IMG/VR virus record: IMGVR_UViG_3300027983_002388
DNA length: 64,000 bases
Strand: one strand, 5' to 3'
Source: a virus
Lineage: Duplodnaviria > Caudoviricetes
In this document: piece after piece, positions 1 through 8,450 of the stretch
Layout of the letters: the number at the start of each line of letters is the position of its first letter
Numbering within the stretch: position 1 is the first letter of the stretch
The notes under the pieces: generated by a model
Told to the model about the DNA's origin: nothing
The model's database searches: none
What the model saw: only the letters and a program-made list of their open reading frames with translations
Made by a program: the position numbers and the translations under genes

Positions 1-21
1 GTTCGAGTCCCACCCGTGTCA
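1..21 (+). tRNA. 3' end of a tRNA cut by the window edge (T-arm and acceptor strand; isotype unknown)
   Basis: GTTCGAGTCC T-loop followed by CACCCGTGTC-A. Confidence 0.75.
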
Positions 22-37
22 CTTTCCTGGAAAACAA

Positions 38-123
38 GGGTTCTGTTCCTCATGCCTGACTGTAAATCAGGTGACAAAAAATTTTGAGGCGGCTGTCGAG
101 GGGTTCAACTCCCTCAGAACCCA
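38..123 (+). ncRNA. Atypical tRNA-Tyr(GTA)-like RNA lacking a normal D-arm
   Basis: Acceptor GGGTTCTG/CAGAACCC, anticodon arm CCTGA-CTGTAAA-TCAGG, T-loop GTTCAACTC; only about 10 nt between acceptor and anticodon stems. Confidence 0.7.
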
Positions 124-162
124 CTTCGGCTTTACAGCCGAATTTGATGGTGATAGAATCAT

Positions 163-239
163 GCCCAGGTGATGCAACCTTCGGTAGACATCCGATACTC
201 AAAATATCGGTTTTACGGGTTCGAGTCCCGTCCTGGGTA
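163..239 (+). tRNA. tRNA-Leu(CAA), short variable arm
   Basis: GCCCAGG/CCTGGGT-A, CCGATA-CTCAAAA-TATCGG, ACGGG-TTCGAGT-CCCGT; variable region only TTTT. Confidence 0.9.
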
Positions 240-255
240 CTTTGCGGAGAATGTG

Positions 256-786
256 ATGGAAGAGAAATGCACGGAGTTGACTCTCGAACAATGTGAATTT
301 GCTTGCAAGATGGTTTGCCAGTGGATGAATATTTGCGAGGACAATAAGCGTGGATCAAGTTCGGCTGATGTCGATCATTCTGCCCTTTTGCGAAGGATGT
401 TGATGGGTGGGACGGTTCATAAAAATCCTCCACCAAAAAGATTCAGTTATCCTTGTTGGGGATTGGTTGAACAAGAAGAGATCGAAATCCAAGACATGCA
501 CGAATATGACATAGACATTGAAGGCATGAAAGGAACTGTGGTTGTCGATCAACATCGTGAATACGAATGGGTGGATAAAGAAAATAAAATCATCAAACAC
601 ACACGATTGGGCATTGAGTATCAATATTCCGAACGTGAAGTAACACCAGATGCCAGACGTTTACGAAAGGGTTTGAACCCCGAAGACCATAAATACACTG
701 GTAAATTTTTGAAGAGATTGAATGATCCACCAACAGGAAAAGAAGAAGTGTGGAAAATGCAAGTGAGTGGCTTTTGTTCAGGATGA
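256..786 (+). CDS. Hypothetical phage protein
   Basis: ORF 169..786; start moved to ATG 256 (GGAGA SD) because the upstream part overlaps a tRNA. Confidence 0.7.
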   Translation: MEEKCTELTLEQCEFACKMVCQWMNICEDNKRGSSSADVDHSALLRRMLMGGTVHKNPPPKRFSYPCWGLVEQEEIEIQDMHEYDIDIEGMKGTVVVDQHREYEWVDKENKIIKHTRLGIEYQYSEREVTPDARRLRKGLNPEDHKYTGKFLKRLNDPPTGKEEVWKMQVSGFCSG

Positions 787-897
787 ACATCAGGCTGACC
801 CCGGTAGCGTAACTCGCCAATGATCGGTAAGTAACATCATCAAGGAAGATGAAACCACTAAGGAATAAAATGATGAAAAATAATCACGAAAGTTTGG

Positions 898-940
898 GTA
901 GCGTCTTTTAAGTGCATTCCGCACTTAGGAGAATCGCTAC
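898..940 (+). promoter_or_regulatory. Hairpin covering the SD of ORF 941, overlapped by a 13-aa uORF (870..911)
   Basis: GTAGCG/CGCTAC and TAAGTGC/GCACTTA stems enclose AGGAGA; uORF MMKNNHESLGSVF stops in the 5' arm. Confidence 0.45.
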
Positions 941-1393
941 ATGGCAAAAAAAAGATGGTTCTCGGCATTCCTTCGGTATCCGAGAACAACACAAGAACTA
1001 AGAGCAAACCAAGACCGCAATGATCCCTATGTCCGTGGAAAGAGACGAAACCTTCCCACGGCATGGGACGATCGGTTTGTTCGCAAGCAAAAATCATGGA
1101 AATATCTCGGTCGAGATCATCAATACCGAGAACAAGGTCATGGTTACGAGTGGCATGAATTCCAATACTCGTGGCGTGATACTGAACGGAGAATGATCGC
1201 CAGAACCATCATGGACTGGCTGGAACGACTTGGATGCTTCTACGAAACGATTCGTGGCGGCTTCCGTTGGTTTGGACCAGCATGGTGGATCAAAGGTCAT
1301 TGTCGCTGTTGTTATACACAATTGATTTCTGACACCCAATCCGAAGAGTTCGGAGATTGGTGTCCAAACCCGGACTGTTGCTTCCTTAACTAA
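941..1393 (+). CDS. Hypothetical phage protein
   Basis: ORF with AGGAGA SD; basic N-terminus, C-terminal CxxC pairs. Confidence 0.75.
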   Translation: MAKKRWFSAFLRYPRTTQELRANQDRNDPYVRGKRRNLPTAWDDRFVRKQKSWKYLGRDHQYREQGHGYEWHEFQYSWRDTERRMIARTIMDWLERLGCFYETIRGGFRWFGPAWWIKGHCRCCYTQLISDTQSEEFGDWCPNPDCCFLN

Positions 1394-1470
1394 GAGAAAA
1401 ACCATGAACAAATTCACTCAAATCCTTGGACTCATCAAACCTATTACCCAAACCCATTATGGAGGGAACG

Positions 1471-1770
1471 ATGAGAAGGTGGAACGAGGATTACAAGATC
1501 ACTCTGCGTGAGTGGAAAAAGCACCGTCGCTCTCATGTTGAGAGTAACAAAAGCTGGATAAATCGCATCGGAGTCAGCGCCTATGTCGTTGATTGTGAGC
1601 GTGATGAACAAAAAGGTCGATTCCGTAAGAAAGACGCTTTCGATTGTGGCAATACGCAGTGCAGAATTTGTCACAGCGACAAGTATCCCAAGCGGGAAAA
1701 ACACGAACACGAATTGAAGTCCGATGTGGACTTCAAAGAACAACTCAAAGAGTTGCGTGGTGAAGAGTAA
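1471..1770 (+). CDS. Hypothetical basic phage protein (DCGNTQCRICH motif)
   Basis: ORF; GGAGG SD before ATG 1471. Confidence 0.7.
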   Translation: MRRWNEDYKITLREWKKHRRSHVESNKSWINRIGVSAYVVDCERDEQKGRFRKKDAFDCGNTQCRICHSDKYPKREKHEHELKSDVDFKEQLKELRGEE

Positions 1771-1804
1771 AAGAAGACGAAGGTTTGAAAAAGCCTTCGT
1801 TTGA

Positions 1805-1881
1805 GTCCAAGTAGGCAAACCTCCGGCAAAGCCGCCAGATCGAGAGTCTGGTGTTTGTGGGTTCGACTCCCACCTTGGACA
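1805..1881 (+). tRNA. tRNA-Leu(GAG), short variable arm, C at position 33
   Basis: GTCCAAG/CTTGGAC-A, CCAGA-TCGAGAG-TCTGG, GTGGG-TTCGACT-CCCAC. Confidence 0.85.
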
Positions 1882-1958
1882 TTTTCTAAATCCTGTTCAA
1901 CAATCAACGAGAATTGGGAGTGTCAGACAATGCAGTTAGAAAACGGCAGTTAGAAAAC

Positions 1959-2032
1959 GGCTCAGTAGGCAATCGGCAGACCACCCAGGCTTAAACCCAG
2001 GGATGCTGTGAGTTCAAATCTCACCTGAGCCA
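1959..2032 (+). tRNA. tRNA-Leu(TAA), short variable arm
   Basis: GGCTCAG/CTGAGCC-A, loop CTTAAAC, GTGAG-TTCAAAT-CTCAC; A-A mismatch in anticodon stem. Confidence 0.85.
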
Positions 2033-2047
2033 CTTGATTTTTAATAC

Positions 2048-2129
2048 GGCTTTGTGGTGAAATTGGCAAACGCACAGCACTCAAAATGCTGCGTCGAAAG
2101 ACTTGTGGGTTCGAGTCCCACCAAAGCCA
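2048..2129 (+). tRNA. tRNA-Leu(CAA), canonical long variable arm
   Basis: GGCTTTG/CAAAGCC-A, CAGCA-CTCAAAA-TGCTG, variable arm GTC-GAAA-GAC. Confidence 0.95.
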
Positions 2130-2247
2130 CTGTTTCGATTTCTGGATCTGGCTCTTACTCGTTGTGAGTAGAAACACCTTTTTTTGGTGGGGTTATAGAA
2201 GTCAAACCTCCAACGGTGATCTCGTAAAGATCACAGGAGAAAGTAAA

Positions 2248-3420
2248 GTGAAGAAAGTCCACATCAATGTCGGAACGATTGGTCACATTGACCACGGGAA
2301 GACGACTCTGACAGCAGCAATTCTCGCTGTTCAGTCCGAGAAGGGTTACGCAAAAAAGAAAGCATACGGCGACATCGCCAAGGGCGGCACCGTTCGTGAC
2401 GTTACCAAAACGGTAACGATCACCACGTCGCACGTTGAGTATGAGACGGATACCCGTCACTATGCTCACATTGACTGCCCCGGTCACGCCGACTATGTAA
2501 AAAATATGATTACCGGGGCTGCTCAAATGGACGGCGCTGTATTGCTCGTCAATGCAGCAGACGGTCCTATGCCTCAGACGAAAGAGCATATTCTGCTCGC
2601 TCGTCAGGTGGGCGTGCCGGATATTGTAGTATTCCTCAATAAGTGCGATCTTGTCAAAGACGAAGAATTGCTGGAACTGGTCGAGATGGAAACAAGAGAC
2701 TTGCTGACGAAGTATGGCTTCGACGGCGAGAAGACTCCGTTTATCCGTGGAGCAGCAAAACCTGCCTTGGATAATCCTGCTGATCCCGCAGCAAGCAAGT
2801 GTATTGTAGAATTGTTGGCGGCTCTGGATTCTTATATTCCTGACCCCAGCCGTTCTATCGACCGTCCCTTCTTGATGCCCGTCGAAGGTGTTCACAATAT
2901 CGAAGGTCGTGGCTGCGTAGTCACGGGCAAGATCGAGCAAGGAACCATCACGGTCGGAACCAAAGTTGAAATCCTTGGGTTGACTGATATTCTGGAGTCA
3001 GTTGTCACCAGCGTCGAGGCTTTCAATAAGCAACTGGAATATGGAGAAGCTGGACAGAATGTCGGTTTGCTGCTGAGAGGCATCAAGGCCGATCAAGTTC
3101 AGCGTGGACAGGTTGTGGCACAACCACGAAGCATCAAGCCTCACACCAAGTTCAAGAGCGAAATTTACGTCTTGGGCAAGGATGAGGGCGGGCGTCACAC
3201 CCCGATCTTCAATGGTTACAAGCCACAGTTCTTCTTCAGAACTACCAACGTCACCGGCCTTGTCCAAATGCCGGAAGGAATTGAGTTGGTCATGCCGGGC
3301 GAGAACACTTGCCTGTTTATCACCCTGGATAAGCCGATTGCTATCGAAAAAGGTAGTCACTTCGCCATTCGTGAGGGTGGTATGACAGTCGGTTCTGGCG
3401 TCGTGACGGAATTGCTGTAA
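2248..3420 (+). CDS. tuf: Elongation factor Tu (Planctomycetes-type effector region)
   Basis: [40 protein letters not shown]; GTG start after AGGAGA. Confidence 0.97.
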   Translation: MKKVHINVGTIGHIDHGKTTLTAAILAVQSEKGYAKKKAYGDIAKGGTVRDVTKTVTITTSHVEYETDTRHYAHIDCPGHADYVKNMITGAAQMDGAVLLVNAADGPMPQTKEHILLARQVGVPDIVVFLNKCDLVKDEELLELVEMETRDLLTKYGFDGEKTPFIRGAAKPALDNPADPAASKCIVELLAALDSYIPDPSRSIDRPFLMPVEGVHNIEGRGCVVTGKIEQGTITVGTKVEILGLTDILESVVTSVEAFNKQLEYGEAGQNVGLLLRGIKADQVQRGQVVAQPRSIKPHTKFKSEIYVLGKDEGGRHTPIFNGYKPQFFFRTTNVTGLVQMPEGIELVMPGENTCLFITLDKPIAIEKGSHFAIREGGMTVGSGVVTELL

Positions 3421-3447
3421 AACGGCTGTAAAACGGCTGTAAAGCAA

Positions 3448-3485
3448 AGCGAAAGCGTGGTATAATCAAATACCACGCTTTCGCT
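3448..3485 (+). promoter_or_regulatory. 15-bp perfect inverted repeat with an extended -10 box (TGnTATAAT) at the stem-loop junction
   Basis: AGCGAAAGCGTGGTA-TAATCAAA-TACCACGCTTTCGCT. Confidence 0.55.
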
Positions 3486-3528
3486 GCAACGGTTAAGAAA
3501 TTTCCATTGGCACGCACCAGGCATAAAC

Positions 3529-3810
3529 ATGCGTCGAGAAACAACCATCATCGGCATGATAACAATCATTTTCATGATTGTCGTTTTCTTCATTTCAAGT
3601 GCCACTAATTCCAGCGATCAAGCCAAAATACAAAAATGGGCTAGTGACAACAAATATGTCATAGTCACATCTGAACGGTGTTTTTTCTACTCCGGCCCTT
3701 ATTGGACGACTAAAAACACTCGGATTTACAAAGTCGATTTGGAAAATAACAAAACCCATTGGTTCCGATTCGGACTTTGGGGAACCGACACCGACATCGA
3801 GGAATATTGA
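3529..3810 (+). CDS. Hypothetical membrane-anchored protein
   Basis: ORF with N-terminal hydrophobic helix. Confidence 0.7.
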   Translation: MRRETTIIGMITIIFMIVVFFISSATNSSDQAKIQKWASDNKYVIVTSERCFFYSGPYWTTKNTRIYKVDLENNKTHWFRFGLWGTDTDIEEY

Positions 3811-4181
3811 TGCGAAGACAAAGACCCACCGCTTGTGAAATCCGAAAACAAATGAACACTGCCGATAGCACCCACCAAAGGTGTGTGTCGGATTATTCAT
3901 TTGGTAAATTCAAAATGAAACCGGGAGAAGTAATTCTTACTTGGCACGACAAAGAAAACGACAAGCACAATAGAATGGTATTGACCCACCGTTCAACTGG
4001 CGTCCAAATATTTGGATATATCAAGCCAGGATACAACCCATCCAAAAAAGAGATCAGCGAAATGCGAAAGCATTTTATCAAAAAGAATTTGTCTTTACTT
4101 GAAAGCATGACGAGGCGACACCTTAGAGCGTGCATGGCAAGTCAGTATGGACCCATTCCAAAAGGACAGTTCGATGAGTAG
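3810..4181 (+). CDS. Hypothetical protein
   Basis: ORF coupled by TGATG overlap. Confidence 0.6.
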   Translation: MRRQRPTACEIRKQMNTADSTHQRCVSDYSFGKFKMKPGEVILTWHDKENDKHNRMVLTHRSTGVQIFGYIKPGYNPSKKEISEMRKHFIKKNLSLLESMTRRHLRACMASQYGPIPKGQFDE

Positions 4182-4407
4182 AAATCAAATCAAACGATGT
4201 GCCTGTGGGCTACCGCTTCATTATCGAGACAAAACCAAAGAAGCGGAAGTTCAAGGAGAGATCGACAAGCTCGGAGAATGGATACCATTCAGCATTGGTC
4301 AAAGTCGATATTTGGTGCAAAGACACTACAAAGAACTGCACGGCCTTAATCCAAATGAAGTTCCTGCTTTAATGAAGCAAGGAATTATCAGAATAAACAA
4401 GGATTAA
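4174..4407 (+). CDS. Hypothetical protein (CACG motif)
   Basis: ORF overlapping the upstream stop. Confidence 0.65.
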   Translation: MSRNQIKRCACGLPLHYRDKTKEAEVQGEIDKLGEWIPFSIGQSRYLVQRHYKELHGLNPNEVPALMKQGIIRINKD

Positions 4408-4597
4408 AGTCGATATGAACACCTACTCCAACGAACTCATGCAAAAACTGACAAATCAGTTTTAGGCGACATTTTACAATTGGTGCCAAACATTTGGAAG
4501 TTGCTAGTTTTTCGACCTTTTCATGAATTGGCAATAGCATCAATCACAGACAATGTTGCATCATCAGATATTGTCGCTAGAGCTTTGGGCAATTTTT

Positions 4598-4909
4598 TTA
4601 GCTCCCAAGATTTTCTTTGTTGGTTGGCAATAATTCAGACGCCCAATTATACATTTCAGATAATAAATCTCCAAATTGTTTGGCTCGACTTTGATTACAA
4701 AAATGTAAAGGATAATTGCTATGAGGAAAATGCCAATTAGAACAACCATCCCACTTAATGTGTCCAATTAACAATGGATCTTCATCAGAAACTTCTTGAT
4801 TTCCTTGGTAAATAAAAAAATTAACAATATGTCCATTTTTATGCAAGTCAGCCAACACCACATAAGGATCTTCTGATCCTTGAAAGAACTCTCTTAATGT
4901 ATTCGACAT
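4598..4909 (-). CDS. Hypothetical protein
   Basis: ORF track, 103 aa. Confidence 0.55.
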   Translation of the reverse strand: MSNTLREFFQGSEDPYVVLADLHKNGHIVNFFIYQGNQEVSDEDPLLIGHIKWDGCSNWHFPHSNYPLHFCNQSRAKQFGDLLSEMYNWASELLPTNKENLGS

Positions 4910-4947
4910 TTCATTGTCTTTCTAAATTTATTTTATTGTCTAATGGC

Positions 4948-5208
4948 TCATACAACAATTCTTACGTTTCCGGGTGGCTTTCTAGGAGCCATCTCTCCCT
5001 GTCCCAAAATCATTACAGAGTGTCCAACTTGTGTTAGGTGAAACTCTAAAGTCACATCCTCAACCATCCAAAGTCCCATGCCAGTTCCATTACAGTGTGG
5101 ACAAGGTCCATCAACCAAACCACTGCAATTACAATTTCCACAAGATTTCTTTACGAAAAAATCCATATCCATCTCCGCCACAAGTGTAACAAAAATCACA
5201 TGGCACAA
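4948..5208 (-). CDS. Small Zn-finger protein (DnaJ-like CxxCxGxG)
   Basis: CGNCNCSG and CPHCNGTG motifs. Confidence 0.55.
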   Translation of the reverse strand: MCHVIFVTLVAEMDMDFFVKKSCGNCNCSGLVDGPCPHCNGTGMGLWMVEDVTLEFHLTQVGHSVMILGQGEMAPRKPPGNVRIVV

Positions 5209-5481
5209 AATCGCTCAGTGGAAGAAAGAATGAACATTTTGGCTCTTATCCCAATTGGTGGGATTGCCGGTATGCCGCCATATACGCCACATGCAGGATC
5301 AGGAAAAATCGCCTGTGCTGGCTGTGGTATAGCTTGTTGGATCGGTCCTCGTCAAACCGTGATGAAGCTCGAAAAGCCTGAACTCCCGGCATTGTGCATG
5401 TTGTGTGCGTGCAAAGAAATACAAAAACAAAAAGAATCAGACGAAGAAGTAACTGCATCCGTGATTCCATTAGGTGATTGA
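5200..5481 (+). CDS. Small Zn-binding hypothetical protein
   Basis: CAGC and CMLC motifs. Confidence 0.6.
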   Translation: MAQNRSVEERMNILALIPIGGIAGMPPYTPHAGSGKIACAGCGIACWIGPRQTVMKLEKPELPALCMLCACKEIQKQKESDEEVTASVIPLGD

Positions 5482-5483
5482 AT

Positions 5484-6134
5484 ATGCAAAGAGATTATAG
5501 TTGGAAGCCATCCTGGAGTCCTATTCACAAAGAATGTGACGTTCACCCTCATGTCCCTGCGGAACGTGCTGATTTATTTGAGGTCGCCGATGGCGGCTCT
5601 ACTGAATATGAAGTCTTAAATTGGCTTCATTCCACAATCCGAGTATTGAAGCCACAACTGGTTCTTGAAACTGGTGCGTGGGAGGGTTTCGGAACAACCG
5701 CCCTAGCTCATGCTTGCAAACTCAATGGATTCGGCAAGGTGCATTCTCTTGAAGTTCTGCCGCCACAATGCGTGCGACTTCAGACGGTTCTTGAAGAAGA
5801 ACACTTGCTTAAATGGGTTGAAGTGCATTGCGTAGATTCGCTTGAATTCTTGCAACAATCTAATATTATCTTCGATATTGGATTCTTTGATAGCCTGACC
5901 GAGATCAGGCCCATCGAATGCGAGATAATGCTCAACAAAGGCACGTTGAGAAACCTTGCTGTCTTCCACGACACATCGCCTCATCGGTCTGAATCCGCTC
6001 CTGATTGGACCAGCACAGAAACTCAAAACACATACAGAGAAAAGGTCTTGGCCTTAGCCAAACATCCCCGATGTACTGGCTACTATGATTCCCCACTATC
6101 CAGAGGATTCATGGCCTTGTTCTTAAAAGGCTAA
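5484..6134 (+). CDS. Class I SAM-dependent methyltransferase (Methyltransf_24-like)
   Basis: [12 protein letters not shown] motif I, FFDS, VFHDT. Confidence 0.8.
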   Translation: MQRDYSWKPSWSPIHKECDVHPHVPAERADLFEVADGGSTEYEVLNWLHSTIRVLKPQLVLETGAWEGFGTTALAHACKLNGFGKVHSLEVLPPQCVRLQTVLEEEHLLKWVEVHCVDSLEFLQQSNIIFDIGFFDSLTEIRPIECEIMLNKGTLRNLAVFHDTSPHRSESAPDWTSTETQNTYREKVLALAKHPRCTGYYDSPLSRGFMALFLKG

Positions 6135-6135
6135 C

Positions 6136-6473
6136 ATGAAAAACGTAGTTGTAATGTTCCCATATCCATCGGGTGCCGGTTTACACTTGGGGCATTACTA
6201 TAATTATGCCATTATCGACAGCTATTGTCGATTTCTGCGATATGAGGGCGAAGAAGTCTTTCAGCCTTTTGGATATGACGCATTCGGACTGCCTGCCGAG
6301 ATCAAGGCTTGAAGAATTCAGTACGAAATTATTTGTTCTTTTGGAAAGTGAACAAGGTGGTCAGCACATTCATGACCTTCTATAACGACAACAAAGACAA
6401 AAAAGTCTCGCCCGCCAACGCCAAAGAGATTGTCCAGTTGCTTCAAAATTTTGCACCTGGATTTAATCTTTGA
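6136..6473 (+). pseudogene. leuS: Leucyl-tRNA synthetase relic: N-terminal HIGH region joined out of frame to the C-terminal anticodon-domain helices
   Basis: 6136..6312 reads [14 protein letters not shown]...[12 protein letters not shown]; a different frame from 6300 to 6473 reads ...KVNKVVSTFMTFYN...EIVQLLQNFAPGFNL*. Not in the ORF track. Confidence 0.85.
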
Positions 6474-7189
6474 AAATATCGTTCTGCACAACTTGTATGG
6501 GCAGGGTTCATCATCTAATGAGAACCCTGCCCATAAATATTCATGTCGCTCCAGATTGCGAATTTGTGTTGCTTAACTATGGCAGCAAAGATGGAATGCA
6601 CGAGTGGGTCCGAGACAATATGCGTCCTTGGATAAATCGAGGAACCATCAAGTATTATAGAACTCAGCTTCCTGAATACTTCGTGGCGACACATGCCAAA
6701 AACATTGCACATCGCCAAGCGACCGGCGATATTCTTTGCAATTTAGACGCAGACAATTTCTTGATTGACGGCTTTGTTGAATTGGTTAAAAAGACCATGA
6801 GCGACAAACAAAGCATTATGACTGCTCCTATATTTGATATGTTCAATATGTCGGGCAGTTGCGGAAAGATAGCAGTTCATCGAGAGCATTTCTATAGCGT
6901 AAATGGATACAACGAAGACATCAATTTGGGATGGGGGTGGGATGATATTGATTTTGAATTACGTGCAGCCATGCACAACAAATTGAAATACGCTCAAACT
7001 CCCGTGAAGTTTTGCCGAGTAATAGACCACGACGAATCAGATCGAGTCAAGAACTTTCGCACCAAAAACTTGAAGGATTCCCAACGGACAAATGGGGAAC
7101 TGTTGGAAACGGTGAAAAATACTAGAAATTACGTTGTCAACAAAAACAGAGAGTGGGGAGTTGCATTAGATTTATCCAGTGATATATAA
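6470..7189 (+). CDS. Glycosyltransferase (GT2/GT7-like)
   Basis: KISFCTTC, NLDADNF DxD motif, GYNEDINLGWGWDDIDF. Confidence 0.85.
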   Translation: MKISFCTTCMGRVHHLMRTLPINIHVAPDCEFVLLNYGSKDGMHEWVRDNMRPWINRGTIKYYRTQLPEYFVATHAKNIAHRQATGDILCNLDADNFLIDGFVELVKKTMSDKQSIMTAPIFDMFNMSGSCGKIAVHREHFYSVNGYNEDINLGWGWDDIDFELRAAMHNKLKYAQTPVKFCRVIDHDESDRVKNFRTKNLKDSQRTNGELLETVKNTRNYVVNKNREWGVALDLSSDI

Positions 7190-7192
7190 GAC

Positions 7193-7417
7193 ATGATTAA
7201 ATTCAAAGACTGGATGCAGACAAGAGAAGCCAAACTCCGAGAAATGGGGAGTGGTCCATATATTGGAAACTGCACTGACACCAGTGATTATCAAGTAATT
7301 GGTGCTTGTAGCGATCAAAATTCCGAAGAAAAGAACAAGGCGTATCGAAAAGGTGGCGTAGACCACAAAAAAGTCCACAAGCATTCCGACAAGATCAGAT
7401 CAAAAGTCGGTATATAA
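7193..7417 (+). CDS. Putative capsid-packaged protein (MIKFKDWMQTRE N-terminus)
   Basis: ATATATAA 3 nt upstream of ATG; CTS-like N-terminus. Confidence 0.65.
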   Translation: MIKFKDWMQTREAKLREMGSGPYIGNCTDTSDYQVIGACSDQNSEEKNKAYRKGGVDHKKVHKHSDKIRSKVGI

Positions 7418-7420
7418 GGT

Positions 7421-7840
7421 ATGATGACGTTCAAGGAATTCGTGGGATCGCAAGAAGTACAGCCGCAGGTGCAACAGCCTCAAGCGGCTGGTTCTCAGCA
7501 ATCATCCAAATGGAAGGCCACAAAAGATGAAATTGTGGGCTACTGGAAGAACTTACGTCCCGACACACCCGTCCAAATGCGAGCCATTGATTACACCCAT
7601 AAGGGATCAACATATGGCGAAGACGGAATGCGACTAACAGGCAGTCCGCAGTTTATTGCATCAATTTTAGCCAGAATGAAAGAGTTGTTGACTTACGAAA
7701 CTCCAACAACCAAACTCGCCGTTACATATCGACAAACAGAGTCCCCCAGCAAGATGGCAATGGGACAAAGTAAAACTTCCTACGTCTTTTACGTTGCTGC
7801 TCGTCAACGTGGCGGCAAAACTCAAATCGCACCCAACTAG
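7421..7840 (+). CDS. Putative capsid-packaged protein (MMTFKEFVGSQE N-terminus)
   Basis: TATATAA 3 nt upstream of ATG; CTS-like N-terminus. Confidence 0.7.
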   Translation: MMTFKEFVGSQEVQPQVQQPQAAGSQQSSKWKATKDEIVGYWKNLRPDTPVQMRAIDYTHKGSTYGEDGMRLTGSPQFIASILARMKELLTYETPTTKLAVTYRQTESPSKMAMGQSKTSYVFYVAARQRGGKTQIAPN

Positions 7841-7923
7841 ACTTGATTTTATCTTTCGTGATTGTATACTCATAACTTGTGTTGAGAACCAACCAAGGCC
7901 CCAAAGGAGAGTTTACAGTGAGT

Positions 7924-8370
7924 ATGAAAATTGCGTGGACGATTGCCGGAATTGTCGGAATTTCCGCTCTGTGTGTGGGATCAATGACGTGGCACGCCTG
8001 GAGTGTCCAGAAGGAAAACCAACGACTCTCGCTGGTGAATTACATCTATGTTGCGGAGCATCGTATTCTCAAGGATGAAATCTCTGAACTTGCATCTAAG
8101 CCAACATACGATCAGGGATATAAAGACGCTCTGATCCGCATCGGCGGACCACAAGTCCCTGGTGCATACCAAGATGGCTGGGACGACGCTCAGAAGCTCT
8201 GTGGTGCGGAAAACAATTACGCAGACGGGTATCACGCTGCAATCCAACAGTTTGGATATACTAAGACTACAACAATGGCTCGTTGGTTGGTTCCCGAACC
8301 AAAAGACAAGGCTATTGCTGCGGATAAGTCCAACAAGGAAGGCATCACGCCTGCTAAATTGGAAAAGTAA
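7924..8370 (+). CDS. Hypothetical membrane-anchored protein (repeated GYxDG motifs)
   Basis: N-terminal TM helix; TTGATT-N16-TATACT upstream at 7843..7870. Confidence 0.7.
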   Translation: MKIAWTIAGIVGISALCVGSMTWHAWSVQKENQRLSLVNYIYVAEHRILKDEISELASKPTYDQGYKDALIRIGGPQVPGAYQDGWDDAQKLCGAENNYADGYHAAIQQFGYTKTTTMARWLVPEPKDKAIAADKSNKEGITPAKLEK

Positions 8371-8450
8371 TCCAAACCGCTATAGAAAGCATTGGCTACA
8401 GTAAATCGGGTGATTTAGGGAAAGGTACGTCCTTTCCTTTGGGGAAACAA

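Noticed and set aside
2086-2247. N-terminal extension of EF-Tu in the ORF track
   Set aside because: It overlaps tRNA-Leu(CAA), and an SD plus GTG at 2248 gives a normal length.
3915-4181. Release-factor (RF-1) domain from VLTHRSTGVQI
   Set aside because: There is no GGQ motif and the similarity is too short.
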